From Myxococcota bacterium (GTDB taxonomy: Bacteria > Myxococcota_A > UBA796 > CAJQPC01), in NCBI GenBank assembly GCA_036012755.1, contig DASCPX010000129.1, positions 160,001 through 224,000 of the forward strand: DNA of 64,000 bases, written 5' to 3'. Below are positions 61,208-64,000 of the stretch, piece by piece. The translations under genes and the position numbers were made by a program. Each line of letters begins with the position of its first letter. Position 1 is the first letter of the stretch. A model generated the notes under the pieces. That model was not told the DNA's origin and searched no databases. It worked only from the letters and a program-made list of their open reading frames with translations.

Positions 61208-61950
61208 CCGCGCTGATCTGGGTCGGCGGGGCTTCCGCTGGCGAGCTCGACGAGCGCCTCGTGGACATGGGCATGGTCGAGCAGGCATACGCCGGCGCCC
61301 TCCTCGACGCCGCGGCGGCCCCGCCAGAGGAGCGTCTCGCCGCGGAGCTCCACGCAGGCAGCCTGTTGTGGGAGGCCGAGCGCTGGGACCTCGCGGCGAT
61401 CCACTTCCGCGCGGTCCCCGACGCGCGGCTGGCCTACGGCTACTCGCTCTACAAGGAGGGTCAGCACGGCGCGGCGCTGCTCGCCGTAGAGGGTCTGGAC
61501 GAGGGCCACGAGCTGGCGGGCTTCGCGGCCCTGCACCTCGACGACGTAGAAGGCGCCTTGCAGCACTGGCAGCTCGCAGGAGCCACCTCCGCGATGACCG
61601 AGGTCCAGGGGTGGGGTGAGCTCCCTCACCGTCGACCCGGTGTCGCGGCTGGTCTCAGCGCTGTGTTGCCCGGGGCTGGCCAGGCCTACGTCGGCCGCTG
61701 GGGCGAGGCGGGCAGCGCCTTGATCGTGAACACCATGCTCATCGGGAGCACGGCAGCTCTGTTGCGCCGAGAGGAGTACTTCGCCGGTGTCAGCGTCGGG
61801 CTGTTGGCCCTGTCCTTCTACGGCGGCAACATCATGAGCGCCCGCTGGGGCGCACACCGCTTCAACCGCCGGGCCCGGGAGGAGCGGCTGGAGGCCCTGG
61901 GCGGTCTCGAGCCCCGCTATCGCATCGAGGACGGCGAGCTCATCCGCTGA
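61198..61950 (+). CDS. helical/TPR-like protein with TM2-like C-terminal membrane domain
   Basis: RRPGVAAGLSAVLPGAGQAYVGRW, FYGGNI.SA...A..FN. Confidence 0.7.
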   Translation: MGLTALIWVGGASAGELDERLVDMGMVEQAYAGALLDAAAAPPEERLAAELHAGSLLWEAERWDLAAIHFRAVPDARLAYGYSLYKEGQHGAALLAVEGLDEGHELAGFAALHLDDVEGALQHWQLAGATSAMTEVQGWGELPHRRPGVAAGLSAVLPGAGQAYVGRWGEAGSALIVNTMLIGSTAALLRREEYFAGVSVGLLALSFYGGNIMSARWGAHRFNRRAREERLEALGGLEPRYRIEDGELIR

Positions 61951-62001
61951 GGGGATCAGAGGCTCACTCCAGTCGCAAACGCCTCCACTTCACCGCCACC
62001 C

Positions 62002-64000
62002 TCAGTCCTCCCAGGCCGACGAGTGTCCAGCATCGGGCTCGGTGACCGTCGTGTCTCCGCTCGGGTAGGCCGTGCCATCCAGCTCGTCGTAGTCGAGCCG
62101 GATGCGCCCGTCGCCGCCGTCGCCGCCGTATGCCGAGCCGTAGGGGCAGCCGCTGTGCCAGCAGCTCGTGCCTCCCGAGCCGCCGATCGCCGAGATGGTC
62201 CCGCCGAGGCTCAGATCCGGTGAAGCCAGCCAGACCTGGCCGCCGCTTCCGGCACCTCCTCCTCCGACCTCGCCCTCCAGCGAGGTGGCGTCCCCGCCGT
62301 CGGCGCCGTCCGCCAGGATCGAGCCCGAGACGTCCAGCGACGTGCCCGCCCAGATCGCCACGAGTCCGCCTCCGTCGCCGCCGTCCCCGGTCACGTTGGT
62401 GCTCGAGGTCCCGTCGCTTTCGGTGTCCGGGGAGCCGCCGCCACCGCCGGAGCCGAGGTACCACTCGGACAGCTCGGTGTCGCCGTAGGTGTCGCCAGGG
62501 TCGCAGACCTCTGAGCCGGAGTAGCTCGTGCCTGCGGTTCCGGAGTCGCCGTAGCTGCCGCCTCCCCCGGAGTCACCGTTGTCGCCTCGCCGGGGGTAGC
62601 TGCCGCCGCCACCCTCGTTCGCGGTGGTGGTTCCAGAGGATCCCTCTGCGTTCCAGCTCTCGCCCTGGTCCGGGTCGGAGCTGTTGCTCGTGACGCCATC
62701 GCCGCCTCGATAGCCCCGCTCGCCGAGGTCGATCGTGCCGGTGATGTCGACGTCTCCGGTAGCCCGAAAGACCACGACACCGCCGCCGCCCCCGGCCCAG
62801 TCGTCGGCGTCGATCGTCGCCCCGGAGGACAAGGTGAAGTCGTCGTAGTGGGGCACGCGCTGCACCAGGACCACGCTCGAGCTGGAGTAGTCGTCCTCCA
62901 GCGCCGGCTCGATGGTCAGGGTGTTCGAGCTGACGCTGTCCACGTAGACGAACTGCCGGGTGCCGGCGTCCTCGCCCTGCTGGCTCAGGACCAGGACCTC
63001 GTCGCCGCTGGCGAAGGGCGTGCCGTCATCGACCTCGATCGAGGTGTCCTCGGCCGTCGCGCCACCGTCGAGCAGGGCCCAGTCCGCCCAGGTCTCATCG
63101 GAGGTGACCGAGCCGGTGCCGTCGCCGCCGAGTCCCTCGTTCGGACCGCGAACCACGCTGTCGTCGTACTCGTCGGCGTCCCAGTCGTTGCGCAGCCCGT
63201 CCCCGTCGATGTCGTCGTCGTCGCAGTCCTGGGTCCCGTCGGAGTCCGTGTCGGTGGCGTCCGTGTCGTCGCAGTCGTCCGAGTTCTCCACGTAGCCGCT
63301 GGGCTGCTCGCAGGTCTCGACCGAGGAGTCGGGGTCGCCCAGACCGTCGCCGTCGGTGTCCGCGTAGTACGTCGCGCTCGAGGGCCCGTCGCTGTCGTCG
63401 TCGTCGATGTCCCCGTCGCAGTCGTCGTCGATGTCGTTGCAGATCTCCTCTGCGTCCGGGTTCACGTCCTCGTCGAGGTCGTCGCAGTCGTCGCTGTCCG
63501 AGATGTAGCCGCTGGGCTGCTCGCAGCTGGCGATGGTCCAGTCCGCGTCGCCGAAGCCGTCGCTGTCGTGGTCGAGGTACCAGGTCGTGTCGGGGTTCAG
63601 CGATGCGTCTGTGTCGTCGCAGTCGTCGTCGTTGTCGACCGTGCCGCTCGGTTGGGAGCAGCTCTCGGTGCTCGAGTCCGGGTCGCCGTAGCCGTCGGTG
63701 TCCGCGTCCGTGTACCAGGTCCCGGCGTCGACGGCGTCGTCCTCGTCGACCGCGTCGTCGCAGTCGTCGTCGATCTCGTTGCAGACCTCCGTCGCGTTTG
63801 GCGAGACCTGGGCGTCTGTGTCGTCGCAGTCGTTGTCGTTGTCCGAGTAGCCGGTGGGGAGATCACAGCCCTCTGTGCTGCTGTCAGGGTCGCCGTGCCC
63901 GTCTCCGTCGGTGTCGGCCCAGTAGATGGACTGGACACCCTCGTCGACCTCGCCGTTGCAGTCGTTGTCCGCCTCGTCGCAGACCTCTTCGGCGCCCGGG
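62002..64000 (-). CDS. large surface protein with MopE-like repeats and Gly-rich adhesin-like C-terminus; 5' end outside the window
   Basis: Frame open from 63999 to 62002; DCDD..NP...E.CN..DDDC repeats; QRVPHY; GGGGG..GG.GGG repeats. Confidence 0.85.
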   Translation of the reverse strand, partial: PGAEEVCDEADNDCNGEVDEGVQSIYWADTDGDGHGDPDSSTEGCDLPTGYSDNDNDCDDTDAQVSPNATEVCNEIDDDCDDAVDEDDAVDAGTWYTDADTDGYGDPDSSTESCSQPSGTVDNDDDCDDTDASLNPDTTWYLDHDSDGFGDADWTIASCEQPSGYISDSDDCDDLDEDVNPDAEEICNDIDDDCDGDIDDDDSDGPSSATYYADTDGDGLGDPDSSVETCEQPSGYVENSDDCDDTDATDTDSDGTQDCDDDDIDGDGLRNDWDADEYDDSVVRGPNEGLGGDGTGSVTSDETWADWALLDGGATAEDTSIEVDDGTPFASGDEVLVLSQQGEDAGTRQFVYVDSVSSNTLTIEPALEDDYSSSSVVLVQRVPHYDDFTLSSGATIDADDWAGGGGGVVVFRATGDVDITGTIDLGERGYRGGDGVTSNSSDPDQGESWNAEGSSGTTTANEGGGGSYPRRGDNGDSGGGGSYGDSGTAGTSYSGSEVCDPGDTYGDTELSEWYLGSGGGGGSPDTESDGTSSTNVTGDGGDGGGLVAIWAGTSLDVSGSILADGADGGDATSLEGEVGGGGAGSGGQVWLASPDLSLGGTISAIGGSGGTSCWHSGCPYGSAYGGDGGDGRIRLDYDELDGTAYPSGDTTVTEPDAGHSSAWED

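Overview
GC-rich bacterial chromosomal window, about 55 genes, densely packed and often translationally coupled. MYXO-CTERM-type tails, a myxobacterial-type PilZ protein, GltD/GltE-like TPR proteins and CDD-x-D..NP...E.CN..DDDC repeat proteins point to a Myxococcota-type organism (inference). Most genes encode exported or surface hydrolases and lipoproteins: sulfatases, GH31, a penicillin acylase, C25/M28/M64/S1/aspartic proteases, phosphatases, PBP1C and lectin/adhesin repeat proteins. I recognised no rRNA, tRNA, CRISPR array or mobile element. Most notable: (1) a six-gene coupled operon (59129-61950) opening with three paralogous small proteins built as signal peptide + acidic linker + TM helix + CCCC + terminal YYY, followed by a YidD-like gene and a TM2-like gene; (2) at least 16 lipoproteins with ultra-short signal peptides lacking Lys/Arg (Cys at residue 7-10); (3) an exported caspase-fold protein lacking both catalytic residues; (4) several genes broken by deletion, truncation or frameshift, some of which may be sequencing artefacts. 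All family assignments come from motifs recognised by eye; no database search was run.
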